Below are positions 1 through 12,655 of a stretch of 64,000 nt of DNA, one piece after another; positions within the stretch are counted from its first letter, which is position 1; each line of letters begins with the position of its first letter. Origin of the DNA: Stegostoma tigrinum (taxonomy: Eukaryota). Where the stretch lies: assembly GCF_030684315.1 (NCBI RefSeq), contig NC_081399.1, positions 9,534,113-9,598,112 of the forward strand, in the 5' to 3' direction. The notes below the pieces were generated by a model. It saw only the letters and a list, made by a program, of their open reading frames with translations, was not told where the DNA came from and ran no database searches. A program made the translations under genes and the position numbers.

Positions 1-2363
1 ATTTAGCACGGCCAACCCACCCTAACCCGCACATCCCTGGGCACTACCGGACAATTTAGCACGGCCAATCCACCTAACCTGCACATCCCTGGGCACTATG
101 GGACAATTTAGCACGGCCAACCCACCCTAACCCGCACATCCCTGGGCACTACGGACAATTTAGCACGGCCAACCCACCCTAACCTGCACATCCCTGGGCA
201 CTATGGGGACAATTTAGCACGGCCAGTCCACCCCAACCCGCACATCCCTGGGCACTATGGGACAATTTAGCACGGCCAACCCACCCTAACCCACACATCC
301 CTGGACACTATGGGACAATTTAGCACGGCCAACCCACCCTAACCCGCACATCCCTGGACACTATGGGACAATTTAGCACGGCCAACCCACCCTAACCTGC
401 ACATCCCTGGGCACTATGGGACAATTTAGCACGGCTAATCCACCCTAACCCGCACATCCCTGGGCACTATGGGACAATTTAGCACGGCCAACCCACCCTA
501 ACCTGCACATCCCTGGGCACTATGGACAATTTAGCACGGCCAGTCCACCCCAACCCGCACATCCCTGAGCACTACGGGACAATTTAGCACGGCCAATCCA
601 CCCTAACCTGCACATCCCTGGGCACTATGGACAATTTAGCACGGCCAATCCACCCTAACCTGCACATCCCTGGGCACTATGGGACAATTTAGCACGGCCA
701 ATCCATCCTAACCCGCACATCCCTGGGCACTATGGGACAATTTAGCACGGCCAATCCACCCTAACCTGCACATCCCTGGGCACTATGGGACAATTTATAC
801 GGCCAATCCACCCTAACCTGCACATCCCTGGGCACTATGGGACAATTTAGCACGGCCAACCCACCCTAACCCCGCACATCCCTGGGCACTACGGGACAAT
901 TTAGCACGGCCAACCCACCCTAACCCACACATCCCTGGGCACTATGGGACAATTTAGCACGGCCAACCCACCCTAACCCACACATCCCTGGGCACTACGG
1001 GACAATTTAGCACGGCCAACCCACCCTAACCCACACATCCTGGGCACTATGTGACAATTTAGCACGGCCACCCCACCCTAACCTGCACATCCCTGGGCAC
1101 TACGGGACAATTTAGCACGGCCAATCCACCCTAACCCACACATCCCTGGGCACTACGGGACAATTTAGCACGGCCAACCCACCCTAACCCACACATCCCT
1201 GGGCACTATGGGACAATTTAGCACGGCCAACCCACCCTAACCCACACATCCCTGGGCACTACGGGACAATTTAGCACGGCCAACCCACACTAACCTGCAC
1301 ATCCCTGGGCACTATGGGACAATTTACCACGGCCAATCCCACCCTAACCCGCACATCCCTGGACACTACGGGACAATTTAGCACGGCCAACCCACCCTAA
1401 CCCGCACATCCCTGGGCACTATGGGACAATTTAGCACGGCCAACCCACCCTAACCCACACATCCCTGGACACTACGGGACAATTTAGCACGGCCAACCCA
1501 CACTAACCTGCACATCCCTGGGCACTATGGGACAATTTAGCACGGCCAATCCCACCCTAACCCGCACATCCCTGGACACTACGGGACAATTTAGCACGGC
1601 CAACCCACCCTAACGTGCACATCCCTGGACACTACGGGACAATTTAGCACGGCCAACCCACACTAACCTGCACATCCCTGGACACTACGGACAATTTAGC
1701 ACGGCCAACCCACCCTAACCCGCACATCCCTGGACACTACGGGACAATTTAGCACGGCCAACCCACCCTAACGTGCACATCCCTGGACACTACGGGACAA
1801 TTTAGCACGGCCAACCCTCACTAACCTGCACATCCCTGGACACTACGGGACAATTTAGCACGGCCCAACCCACCCTAACCTGCACATCCCTGGGCACTAT
1901 GGGGCAATTTAGCACGGCCAACCCACCCTAACCCGCACATCCCTGGGAACTATGGGACAATTTAGCACGGCCAATCCACCCTAACCCGCACATCCCTGGG
2001 AACTATGGGACAATTTAGCACGGCCAACCCACCCTAACCCGCACATCCCTGGGAACTATGGGACAATTTAGCACGGCCAACCCACCCTAACCCGCACATC
2101 CCTGGGAACTATGGGACAATTTAGCACGGCCAACCCACCCTAACCCGCACATCCCTGGGCACTACGGGACAATTTAGCACGGCCAACCCACCCTAACCTG
2201 CACATCCCTGGGCACTATGTGACAATTTAGCACGGCCAATCCACCCTAACCTGCATATCCCTGGGCACTATGGGACAATTTAGCACGGCCAACCCACCCC
2301 AACCTGCACATCCCTGGCACTATGGGACAATTTAGCATGGCCAACCCACCCTAACCCGCACAT
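1..2363 (-). repeat. 53-bp minisatellite (~44 units, open at left edge), an internal expansion of an HE1-type SINE
   Basis: Unit ATTTAGCACGGCCAACCCACCCTAACCCGCACATCCCTGGGCACTATGGGACA recurs every ~53 nt and runs directly into the SINE 5' half at ~2364-2500. Confidence 0.93.
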
Positions 2364-2500
2364 CTTTGGATTGTGGGAGGAAACCGGAGCACCTGGTGAA
2401 ACCTGGGGAGACACGGGGAGAATGTGCAAACTCCACACAGACAGTTGCCCGAGGGTGCGATCAAACCTCGGTCCCTGGTGCCGTGAGGCTGCAGCGCAAT
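2364..2500 (-). mobile_element. HE1-type (V-SINE) tRNA-derived SINE, 5' half
   Basis: Matches the SINE copies at 28128 and 60100 (gtgtggagtttgcacattctccccgtgtct, degenerate B box). Confidence 0.85.
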
Positions 2501-2644
2501 CCCTATGCACGCCAAATACACACCTATGAAGGGAGACAGTTCTGAAGCCATGAGGCCCTCTGAGAAAAAGGTTTCTGTAGTTGCTGTCCTAAAAATGGTG
2601 ATCCCTAATTTTTAAAAATATCCCATAGAGATAATACCGGGGAG

Positions 2645-2768
2645 CAAAAAAGGTCCTGACCGAAACCGTTGGCTTTTCTGCTCCTCTGCTGCTGCCTGGC
2701 CTGCTGTGTTCCTCCAGCTCCATATTTTGTTATCTCAGACTCTAGCATCTACAGTTCGTACTATCTGA
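2645..2768 (+). mobile_element. Short Penelope-like terminal-repeat fragment
   Basis: ...cctgaccgaaac...gctgcctggcctgctgtgttcctccagctcc...ttatctcagactctagcatct, homologous to 33745-33870. Confidence 0.6.
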
Positions 2769-3339
2769 TAGATGTGTGGGATTTGCTCACAGGAGGAAAC
2801 ATCCTTAAGACCATCCAGAAACTTCAAACACGTTACCCTGGGCTGTGATGATTCCAGAAGCCTATCCAACCTATCCCCATAAAACAAGCATCAGTCAAGT
2901 TAACATCATCTAATCACCCTCCAATGCATTTCCGTCCTTCGTTAAATTAGGAGATCAAAACTAGATGCTGCATTACTGTATATGGCCTCTCCAGTTCCCT
3001 GTGTACCTGAGCATTGCACCTTACTTTTGTTTTTAAATGATAGCAGTAAGGTGGTGAAAAAAATCAGCAGGTCTGATGGTGGTGCCTGTGGGGAGAGAAA
3101 ACAGTTGAGTCCAATATGACTTCGTCAGAGCACCAGATACCGTCTGACCCGCTGAGCTTTCTCCAGAATATCCAGCTTTAAAGTTTCTTTCTCAGTACAG
3201 GATAGCATTCCATTAGTGACCTTAATCATTTGCTGTATCTGCACGCCGTCCTCGTGCACAAGAGCTGTCTGCCTCAGAATTCTGCACAAGATCTCCATTT
3301 CAGTATTACCGCACCAAAATTAAACTATCTACATCAGTT

Positions 3340-4477
3340 TAGGTTCCATCAGGGCCATTCGGCTCCTGGCCTCATTACAGCCTTGGTTCAAACACGGTCA
3401 AAATAGCTGAATTCCAGAGGTACGGGAGATTGACAGCCCTTGATGTCAAGGCTGCGTTTGACAGTCTGTGGCATCAGGGAGCCCTGACAAAACTGGAATC
3501 AATGGGTATCGGGGCAAACTCTCTGGTGGTTGGAGTCATACCTGACCCATAGAAAGATGGTCATAGTTATTGGAGGTCAGACATCTCCACTTCAGGATAT
3601 CTCTGCAGGAGTCCCTCAGGGTAGTATCCTAGGCCCAACCATCTTCAGCTGCTTCATCAATGACCTTCCCTCCTTCATAAGGTCAGACGTGGGAAGAAAA
3701 ACAGAAGTTGCTGGAAAAGCTCAGCAGGTCCAGCAGCACCTATGTACAAAACAACCAGTTAACATTTCTGGTCTGGTGACCCTTCTTCAGAAGTGGGGAT
3801 ATTTGCTGATGATGGCACAATGTTTCAGCACCATCCATGACTCCTCGGATACTAAAGCAGTCCATGTCCAAATGCAACAAGATCTGGGAAAATCCAGGCT
3901 TGGGCTGACAACTGACACATCGTGCCACACAAATGCCAGGCTATGCCCATCACCAATAAGAGACAATCTAACCACTGCCCATTGACATTCAATGGTGTTC
4001 CCATCACTGAATCCCCCCAGTATCAACATCCTGGGGGTTACCATTGACCAGAAACTCAACTGAACCCACCACATAAACACAGCGGCTACAAGAGCAGGTC
4101 AGAAGCTGGGAATCCTGCAGTGAGTAACTCCTCTCCTGACTCCCCAAAGCCTGCCCAACATCTATAAGGCACCACATCCAGAAACATCCCACTCCCTGCC
4201 CCCACCGACGCTCAGTCACAGCTGTGTGTACCATCTACAAGACGCTCTGCAGAGATTCACCAAAGATCCTCAGGGAGCACCTTCCAAACCCACGACCCAC
4301 TTCCATCCAGAAGGACAAGGGGCAGCAGGTACATGGGACCCCCACTCCCTGCAAGTTCCACGCCCCATCCTGACCTGGAAATATATCCTTCTTCCTTCAG
4401 TGTTGCTGGGTCAGAATTGTGGGTCAGTCGACAGCACATGGACGGCAGTGGGTCAAGAAGACAACTCCTCTCCCCCC

Positions 4478-4554
<77 letters not shown>

Positions 4555-4625
4555 CCTTCTCAAGGGCATCTAGGGACAAGAGCAATAAACACTGGCCAGC
4601 CAGCAATGCCCACGTCCCACAAATG
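3340..4625 (+). mobile_element. Decayed CR1-group LINE (family B), RT and 3' end
   Basis: RT motifs ALDVKAAFDSLWH, GVPQGSILGPTIFSCFINDL and IFADD; 3' tail gcaataaacactggccagccagcaatgcccacgtcccacaaatgaa; interrupted by an insert at ~3694-3786 and a polyC/(CA)n tract. Confidence 0.85.
3683..3797 (-). mobile_element. Short Penelope-like insert with hammerhead-like core, nested in LINE RT
   Basis: Flanked by tcagacgtggg (3683-3693) and tcagaagtggg (3787-3797); minus strand reads CTGAAGA-agggtcaccagacca-GAAAtgtt. Confidence 0.65.
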
Positions 4626-5009
4626 AACTTTTTTTTAAAAAAGCCTGCATCCTGCTTCATAACATAACTTCAACCTATCTTTCTGTCATTTGCAAATTTA
4701 ATTATGATGCCTTTGATTCCCCTCATCATGTGTCACACCCTGTCAACCTGAAAAAGACTCATCTAATGCATTCTCTCTTTTCTCTCAACAAGCCAATCTT
4801 CTATCCACAGTTCTGCATCCCTACAGTGAGTTCACACTTGGCACAAAAGCCTTTTATGTTGAACCTTATCGAGTACCTTCTAGAAATCCAATTGCAATGT
4901 ATCAATGCCCCCCCCCCCCACCTTATCCAAGCGCATTTAACTCCTTCAAAGTTCCAATAAATTGCTTAAGCCCCACGATCTCCCTTTCACTAAATTACTT
5001 TGGGGTTTC

Positions 5010-5510
5010 ACAAGTCACAGAGTTGGACAGCAACAGACCCTTTGGTCCACGCCGACCCAATATCCTAAATTAATCTGGTCCCATGTGCCAGCATTTGGCC
5101 CATGTCCCTCTAAACCCTTCCTATCCATGTCCCCATCCTGATCCCTTTAAATGCTGTAACTGTACCAGCCCCCACCACTTCCTCTGGCAGCTCATTCCAT
5201 ACACGCACCACCCTCTGTGTGGGAAGAAGTTGCCCCTCAGGTCCATTTATATCTTTTCCCCTCTCCCCTTAAACCAATATGCTCTAGTTTTGGACACCTG
5301 TACCCTGGGTAAAATTGGCTGTTCACCCTATCCATGCCCCTCATGATTTTATAACCCTCTATAAGGTCACCCCTCAGCCTCCCAGGGGAAATAGCCCCAG
5401 TGTATCAGCCTCTCTCTGTATCTCAGACCCTCCAACCCTGGCAACAACATTGTAAATCTTTCAAGTGTAACAACATCTTTCCTGTAGCCGGGAGACCAGA
5501 ATTGAATGCC
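5010..5510 (-). mobile_element. CR1/HER1 LINE 3' fragment
   Basis: Reverse complement of the CR1 ORF2 C-terminus and 3' UTR seen at 10100-10560. Confidence 0.85.
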
Positions 5511-6087
5511 CGGTTATTACCCGTTCACTAGTTGACTCTAATCACTTCTTCATGACAATTGCCAAGATAATGGGGCTGTAATCCCTGCTTCCCTTGAGTG
5601 AGTGTTTATTTGCAATTTTTTTCGAGTCTGAGAGATTCTGGAAGGTTCTGACAAATTGTGTTAAATTAGCACCAGTGAACTGACTACCTCATTACCCCCT
5701 CTTTTCAGCCTAGGATGAAGTCTAAAAAGACTTTACAATTTACCAGGCCGCAGTTTGCTTGCATTAGTTCCCTGAATGATTGTAATTAGAGATTGTTATT
5801 TCACTACGTCCCTGATTTCCTTCAACCTCCTGACGTACAGCTATTACTCAGCTAGAACAAAGAGCGCAGGAACAGGCCCTTTGGCCCATCTAGATTGTGC
5901 CGGCACATGATGCCTTTCTAATCAGAAAACCTTTTGCCTCTATGTAGCCTGTATCCCCCTCCATACCCTCCCTATTGACGTTTATGTCTTTAAACATTGC
6001 CGGTTTACGTCCCTCTGGCAGTGGATGTCTGGCACTTAGCACCTGCTGTGCCAAAATAAACTGCCTCTGCATCTTCTTTTAACTTGG

Positions 6088-6357
6088 AGGTGGCTCAGTG
6101 GTTACCTCACAGCGGCCAGGGACCCGGGTTCGATTCCAGCCTCAGGCGACCGTCGGTGTGGAGTTTGCACGTTCTCCCTGTGTCTGCGTGGGTTTCCTTC
6201 CACGTGTTTCAAAGATGTGCAGGTTAGGGTGGATTGTCCGTGGAAGATGCAGGGTTGCGGGGACAGGGAAGGCGGCTGGGTCTGGATGGCTGATCTTTTG
6301 GAAAGTAAGGATGGACTTGATGGGTTGAATGGCCTGCTTCCACACTGTGGGGCTTCT
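6088..6357 (+). mobile_element. HE1-type SINE (inserted in a CR1 3' fragment, ~5860-6470)
   Basis: A box TGGCTCAGTGG, B box GGTTCGATTCC, 3' tail ggcctgcttccacactgtggggcttct. Confidence 0.85.
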
Positions 6358-6804
6358 GTGGTAACCCCTTTACCTTTAAACCTATGCCCCCTAACAATCA
6401 ACACTTCTACCCTGGAAAAAGGACTATGATTATATATGACCCTCATAACTTTATACTTTTCTCTATAGAGGGTGTAAAAACCCGAAGTAAAATATTTATC
6501 CATTAGAGTTGTCATTTCTCGCCGTCTAGAGGCCAAACACACTCTTCACTCTTTTACTCGAATGTATGTTGTCGGAGTGCTCTGCAATATCCCTCTAAAT
6601 GTTTCGCGTTACATTTGTAATCTGTCCCTGGTCTAATATCCCAATCCACATCAGCAAACTCTACCTATGTACTCACATGGTTGTCTTTATTTAACAAGTC
6701 TTAGGCCCACTCCTCTGTCTCTCAAACAATGTAAAATACAAACAAATTGTAATCGCTGCTATCTAGAGCTTAGTTTACGTGATTATGAATGTCTTGATTG
6801 TTCA

Positions 6805-7650
6805 AACAATATCCAGGCTCAGGCTGACAAGTGGTAACTAACATTGGCATCGCAAAAATGCCAGGCAATGACCATCTACAATAAGAGACAATCTAACCAC
6901 TGCCTCTTGACATTCAATGCTGTTCCCATCACTGACTTCCCCCGCTGTCAACATCCTGGAGGTTACCATTGACCAGAAACTCGATTAGACTTACCACATA
7001 AACAGTAGCTACAGGAGCAGGTCAGAAGCTAGGAATCCTGCAGTGAGTAACTCCCGTCCTGACTCTTTCCCCCCGCCCCCAAAAAAATCCTGTCCCACCA
7101 TCTACAAGGCACAAGTCAGGAGTGGGATGGGATACTCCCCACTTGCCCCTGGATGGGGGCAGCTCCAACAACACTCAAGGAGCTCGACACCATCCAGGAC
7201 AGAGCAGCCCCTGCTCGATCAACACCACATCCACAAACATCCCACTCCCCCCCCCCGCCCCCCCCCCCCGACGCAGCAGTGTGTCCCATCTACAAGACGT
7301 TCTGCAGAGATTCACCAAAGACCCTCAGGCAGCACCTTCCAAACCCCACGACCCACTTCCATCCAGAAGGACAAGGGGCAGCAGGTACATGGGACCCCCA
7401 CCCCCTGCAAGTTCCCCTCCGAGCCACTCCTCATCCACACTAGAGAATATATCCCTGTTCCTTCAGTGTAACTGGGCCAGAATTCCTGGAATTCCCTCCC
7501 TAAGGGACACTGTGGGTCAACCCACAGCACATGAACTGCAGGGGTTCAAGAAGGCAGCTGCCCCCCCACCTTCTCTGCATGGCAACTAGGGACAGGGGGC
7601 AATAAACGCTGGGCCCAGACAGCGACACCCACGTCCCAGAAATGAATAAA
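6805..7650 (+). mobile_element. CR1-group LINE family B, 3' fragment
   Basis: TIYKAQVRSGMGYSPL motif and the same 3' tail as 3340-4625. Confidence 0.85.
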
Positions 7651-8384
7651 ACTTTTTCTTACTTTTAAAAAACAGTCATTTCTGGACCTCTCTGACCTTC
7701 ATTACTATTTTTGTCTCTTGCCTCAGCTCCATTTGTTACGGTGACTCAAGATTGAAGCCCACTTTGTCCAGATTAATTCCACTTCCCTGGTTAAATATCT
7801 CCTGACAATGCCCCAGCACAGTCCAGGTGTAGACCATCCCACAGTACAGTTTCTAATCCCCCCCACCCCCACCTTAACCCAGGGGTTCCAGTGCCTCATG
7901 GACAGGGATTCAGAATCTCCCACGCCCAGCCACGCTTTCACTTCTTCGTCCTGTTTACTTGAAGTGCAGCTCAGGCTGTCACCCACAGTTCCTCATCCTT
8001 TTGAGCTTCTCCATTTTAGATTAGCCTCGATCTGTCTCTGCAAAAATCACTTTCCCAGTTCGACCTGTCATTGCTACTGACAACTGGATCCTCCTGTTCC
8101 AACTGCAGGTTCCTCCCCAGCTCAGCGGCTATCGCAGTTCACTGACACTGGGCAGACTGCACAGCTACCTGGGTTCGAACCCTCTGCAGCAGGGAACAGT
8201 ATCAATCCCCGGCCCTCCCACGTTCGACTAACCCCCAGTGCTGCACTTTTTCGCCCTCGAATGGCTTCCTGCACCAGGGAGCTGTGGTCTGTTGGCTCTT
8301 CCACCCCCTCCCAGCCTCCCTCTTTACAAAAGTCTCTGGCTTCCCCCTCTGTCTCTCCCCACATCCTAATCCCCACTGAACACA

Positions 8385-8830
8385 ACAACCAGGAGCCAGA
8401 GGAGGCCATCTGGCCCATCGAGCCTGCTCCACTCTTCAGTAAGATCGTGGCTGAGCTTTTCATGGACTCAGGTCCACTTACCGTCCTGCTCACCGTAACC
8501 CTAAATTCCTTTACTGTTCAAAAATTCATCTTTGCCTTTAAAAACATGCAGTGTCACTGGGCAGGGAATTCCACAGATTCACAACCCATTGGCTGAAGAA
8601 TTTCTTCCTCAACTCAGTCCTAAATCTGCTCTCCCCTGCCTTATTTTGAGGCTATGCCGTATGTTGTTGTTCTAGTTTCTGTATGTTGTTCTAGTTTCAC
8701 CTGCCAGTGGGAACAGCACCCCCTGCCCCTGACTTCTGCATTGTCTGTTCCCTTTCTAATTATATATGTTTGTCTATGATTCCAATGAGTGTAGTCCTAA
8801 CTCTCTTCAGTCTCTCCTTGTAAGCCAAGT
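8385..8830 (-). mobile_element. CR1 LINE 3' fragment
   Basis: CR1-type 3' UTR (ggccatctggcccatcgagcctgctcc) followed by degenerate ORF2 C-terminus on the minus strand. Confidence 0.7.
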
Positions 8831-9239
8831 CGGGAGCTGGAGATTTTGAGTGGCTAGATTGCTATGTGGAGGACCAGCACGGCCTCAGCGGGCAGAGTGG
8901 TACTCTGCGAAAGTCACTCTATGCCCACTTCCTGTGTGCTGGGTGTGAAGTTTGCAGAATCATTTCCTCTGTGCTTGAGTAATACATTGGAGAGTTTCTG
9001 CTTACCCAGAGTGGGGCACATGAGACTCGGCTGTCCTAGATGAGACATGGAGGAGGGGGGGGCAACCCCAGAGTTGGGAGGTGGGAGAGGCTGGGAAAAC
9101 TTTGATGGGATTAGGCCAACCTTTCAAAAGCTAATTGGGAGAGTCACAGGGAGAGGGATGGTTGGAAACTGGGAGGCCTGCAGAGCTCATGTGTGCCCAA
9201 AGGCAGCATGCGCCTCTAAAGTACAGGCTGGTAAGTTCA

Positions 9240-10570
9240 GGGAATACTGGAGTGGCTGGAGAAACTGTGAATAAGGAGGAGGCACGTTTTAGGTATAGGC
9301 AGCTGGGATCTAGTGAATCCCTCGGAGTGTAAGGTCAGCTGGAAGACACTTGAGGGGAATCGGGAAGGTTAGAACTTTGTGGGAAGCCAGGGAAGTGATC
9401 ACTGGGCCACTCGCTGAGGTGTTTGTATCATCGATAGCCACAGGTGAGCTGCTAGAAGACTAGGGGTCAGCTAATGTGCTGTTATTTAAGAAAGGCGATA
9501 AAGAAAAGCCAGTGAACTATAGATCGATGAGCCTGATATCAGCGGTGGGCAAGCAGTCGGGGGGAATCCTGAGGGAAGGGATTGACATGTATTTGGAGAC
9601 AGATTAGGGATGGCCAGCATGGATTTGTGCGTGGGAAATTCTGTCTCACTAAATTGATGGAGTTATTTGAAGAGGTGACGAAGAAGTTCGAAGGCAGATG
9701 GACATGGTCTTATATAGACTTTAGCAAGGTTAGATCACACAATCCCGGAAGAGCTAGCCATTTGGATGCAAAAGTGGCACAAAGGTAGGAGTCAGAGGGT
9801 GGCGGTGAAGACCTGTGACCAGCGGTGTGCCACAAAGACTTGTACGCTTAATGAGAAAGTCCTGGGGAGTGTGGCTGAACAAAGACACCTGGGGGGACAG
9901 GTTCATAGCTCCCTGAGAGTGGAGTCACAGGTAGACAGGGCGGTGAGGGAGGTGTTTGGGACACGGTCCTTTATTGGTCAGTGCATTGAGTACAGGGAGC
10001 TGGGAGGGTCATGTTGCGGCTGTACAGGACATTGGTTAGGGCCACTTCTGGAATACTGTGTGTAATCCCGGTCTCCCTGCTACAGGAAGGATGTTGTGAA
10101 ACTTGAAAGGGTCAGAACAGATTTACAAGGATGTTGCCAGGGTCGGAGGGTGTGAGCTACAGGGAGAGGCTGGGGCTACTTTCCCCGGAGCGTCAGAGGC
10201 TGAGGGGGGAACCTTATAGAGGTTTATAAAAGCAGGAGGGGCATGGATAGGGGGAAGAGACAAGGTCTTTTCCCCCAGGGGTGGGGGGAGTCTGAAACTA
10301 GAGGGGCATAGGTTTAAGGTGAGAGGGGAAAGGGAGCTGAGGGGTAACTATTTCACACAGAGGGTGGTGTGTGTATGGAATGAGCTGCCAGAGGAAGTGG
10401 TGGGGGCTGGTACAGTTACAGCATTTAAAAGGCATCTGGATGGGGACATGGATAGGAAGGGATTAGAGGGATATGGGCCAAATGCTGGCAAATGGGACTA
10501 GATTAATGTAGGATAGTGGGTCAGCAGGGACGGGTTGGACCGAAGGGTCTGTTTCTGTACTGTGTAACTA
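9240..10570 (+). mobile_element. CR1/HER1 LINE, internally deleted
   Basis: QHGFVRGKFCLTKL, IDFSK, LLEYCV*, YFTQRVV..WNELPEEVV motifs and 3' UTR. Confidence 0.9.
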
Positions 10571-10713
10571 CACTTGACCAAGCAGGGTGGCGTTGTCAGC
10601 GCAGTGCTCCCTGACTCTTCATGTCCTGCCTTAAGCCCTCACTGATCTGTGTAACACCACGTTGGGTTGAACTAACCGCTCTCTCATTCTCTCTCTGTCT
10701 GTTTGGTAATAAG

Positions 10714-10771
10714 GCTGGGCTTGATCGTATGGCAGATGGACACATGCTGGCTGACGTCGTAGCAATAATCG
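10714..10771 (+). CDS. NDUFS2: NADH:ubiquinone oxidoreductase core subunit S2, penultimate coding exon
   Basis: aag|GCTGGG...ATCG|gtgggt; 58 nt encoding [20 protein letters not shown], matching the conserved 49-kDa subunit C-terminus (human [20 protein letters not shown]). Confidence 0.96.
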
Positions 10772-11144
10772 GTGGGTAATGGGCTGTGGGCTGCTGTTGT
10801 TATGGGGGGGGGGAGGTGTGATGTGAAATGGATGGGAGGGCTTGGAGCAGAATCATATCAGACTCGCCTGGAACTGGGAACCGCCCAGTCCGGATACTGC
10901 ATGAGAGCTGGGTCTGGAATTGGATTTCAGTGCCTCGTCATTCCCTGCTGAGCCAGCACAGCGAGGTGGGGAGTGCGAGGGTCGGTGCACCCACTGCCTT
11001 ATCCAGCTCATGGTCAGGAGGAATAAGATCAATTCAACTCTGCAGCATATTACAGCGCCCTGTTTCCCCCCCCCCCCCCCCCCCCCCAGCCTCAAACCGG
11101 GTTAGACGCCGTTCCATTGTGGACGGGGATGACTGTGAAAACCC

Positions 11145-11430
11145 CTATCTCTGGGGGTGTTTGGGGGCACAGTGTAGAGGGAGCTTTACTCTGTATCTGA
11201 CCCCGTGCTATCCCTGCCCTGGGAAGTGTTTGATGTGGGGGACAGTGTAGAGGAAGGTTTACTCTGTATCTCACCCTGTGCTGTCCCTGTCCTGGGAGTG
11301 TTTGTTGAGGGACAATGTAGAGGGAGCTTTATTCTGTATCTAACCCCATGCTGTCTGTGTCCTTGGGAGTGTTTGATCAGGGGCGGGGGGGGGTGCACAG
11401 TGTAGAGGAAGCTTTACTCTGTATCTAGCC
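11145..11430 (+). repeat. ~71-bp minisatellite, ~4 units, in NDUFS2 last intron
   Basis: Unit gggagtgtttgatgggggacagtgtagagggagctttactctgtatctaaccccgtgctgtccctg, also at 17675, 37448 and 43532. Confidence 0.85.
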
Positions 11431-11743
11431 CCTTGAGTTCGACCCTGGAATGGAATCTTTTGGTTAATATTTACTCCATGAAACCTCTTGTTATTTTCAG
11501 AAAGAGGAACTAGCTGTGACCATGTACTGTCCTGGTGTCGTTGACTCAATTTCCTTTTGTTCATTTGATGTGACTGACCTGATCTCTCCGCAGGAGTTGC
11601 TCAGAAACCCAGGGTCACGCGGAGTCTGAGGTTTTGCTGAGTGAGAATGTTTGAGTTCACTTCTTAGCCGCTTGTTTATTTCAGTCTCTCTCTCTTCCCC
11701 CCCAACCCCCACTCTGACACCCTCCTGCCCCCATTCACCGCAG

Positions 11744-11781
11744 GTACCCAGGACATTGTGTTTGGCGAAGTGGACCGATAG
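11744..11781 (+). CDS. NDUFS2: NDUFS2 last coding exon
   Basis: ccgcag|GT ACC CAG GAC ATT GTG TTT GGC GAA GTG GAC CGA TAG = (G)TQDIVFGEVDR*, the canonical NDUFS2 C-terminus; phase matches the previous exon. Confidence 0.97.
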
Positions 11782-11953
11782 CCCATCGTTGGATCGCCCT
11801 CACTCACTGTCCCTGTGATCTGGCTCTCGCTCCACCGTGCAGCCAGCCTCCTCCATCTCTGCACTTGCCTGGGTCCCGTTTCTGTGTGTGTGTGTGTGTG
11901 TGTTGTGTGTGTGTGTGTCTTTCTCGCCAGTTCAGCTATTTGCCCTAGTTGGT

Positions 11954-11959
11954 AATAAA
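11954..11959 (+). terminator. Probable NDUFS2 polyadenylation signal
   Basis: First AATAAA after the stop (~170 nt downstream), followed by GT/T-rich sequence. Confidence 0.7.
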
Positions 11960-12485
11960 TGGCAAGAACCTTATGACATGTTTCCCTCGTTTGTGCCAGA
12001 AGCTGTCATGTTGTTTTGCCTGCCGGCAGTTTGGGGAAGCTTCCTTACCCTGTTTGCTGAGGAATGATGTCTTGGGAAGGGGGAAGCTGTCTGTGTGTGC
12101 ACACATGTGCCCTCTCTGTGTCTCTGTGCTGTGAATGGCGAATAGGTCTGGGGTTGGAGTACAGTGGGTTCAGTGCTGGGTTGACTGTCAACACTGAGGG
12201 AGCTGTGAGGTTTGTTGGCACCATATGGACCAGGATCTTGCTGTGCCTCTACGTTTCTTTGTCCTTACCAACGACCCCCCCCCACGTTTCTTTGTCCTTA
12301 CCAACGCCCCCCCCCCCCCCCCCCCCCCCGCTGGTCTGTCTCTCTCTCCCTGTGTGCACTCCCCAGCCTGCTCCCTTCTCTTCCCCATCACCACCCAAGC
12401 CTGCTCCCTCACCCCGCTCTCTTCTCTCCCCACCCCCCCCCCCCCCCCCCAAGCACCCACTCCTGCCTCTCTGTACTCCCCCACC

Positions 12486-12551
12486 CACTTCCTGTTTACT
12501 GTCTGGCCACATGCCGACTGGTCAGTTCCACTGCCTGTTGAAGGACTTCCT
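12486..12551 (+). promoter_or_regulatory. Putative FCER1G proximal promoter with two ETS motifs
   Basis: CACTTCCTG (12486-12494) and ACTTCCT (12545-12551) lie 105-170 nt before the ATG; no TATA box seen. Confidence 0.5.
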
Positions 12552-12655
12552 TCTGTGTTCACACAAGGCAGCCTGCAGCCCACTGTACACAGACCGGAGC
12601 AGATTGTCCGCTCTCTGTGAAACCGTGCATTAGGATTCTGCGAAACCCGTCTGCC

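Noticed and set aside
1-2363. CRISPR-like regular repeats (also 47517-54662)
   Set aside because: Head-to-tail units without unique spacers, no cas genes, vertebrate context
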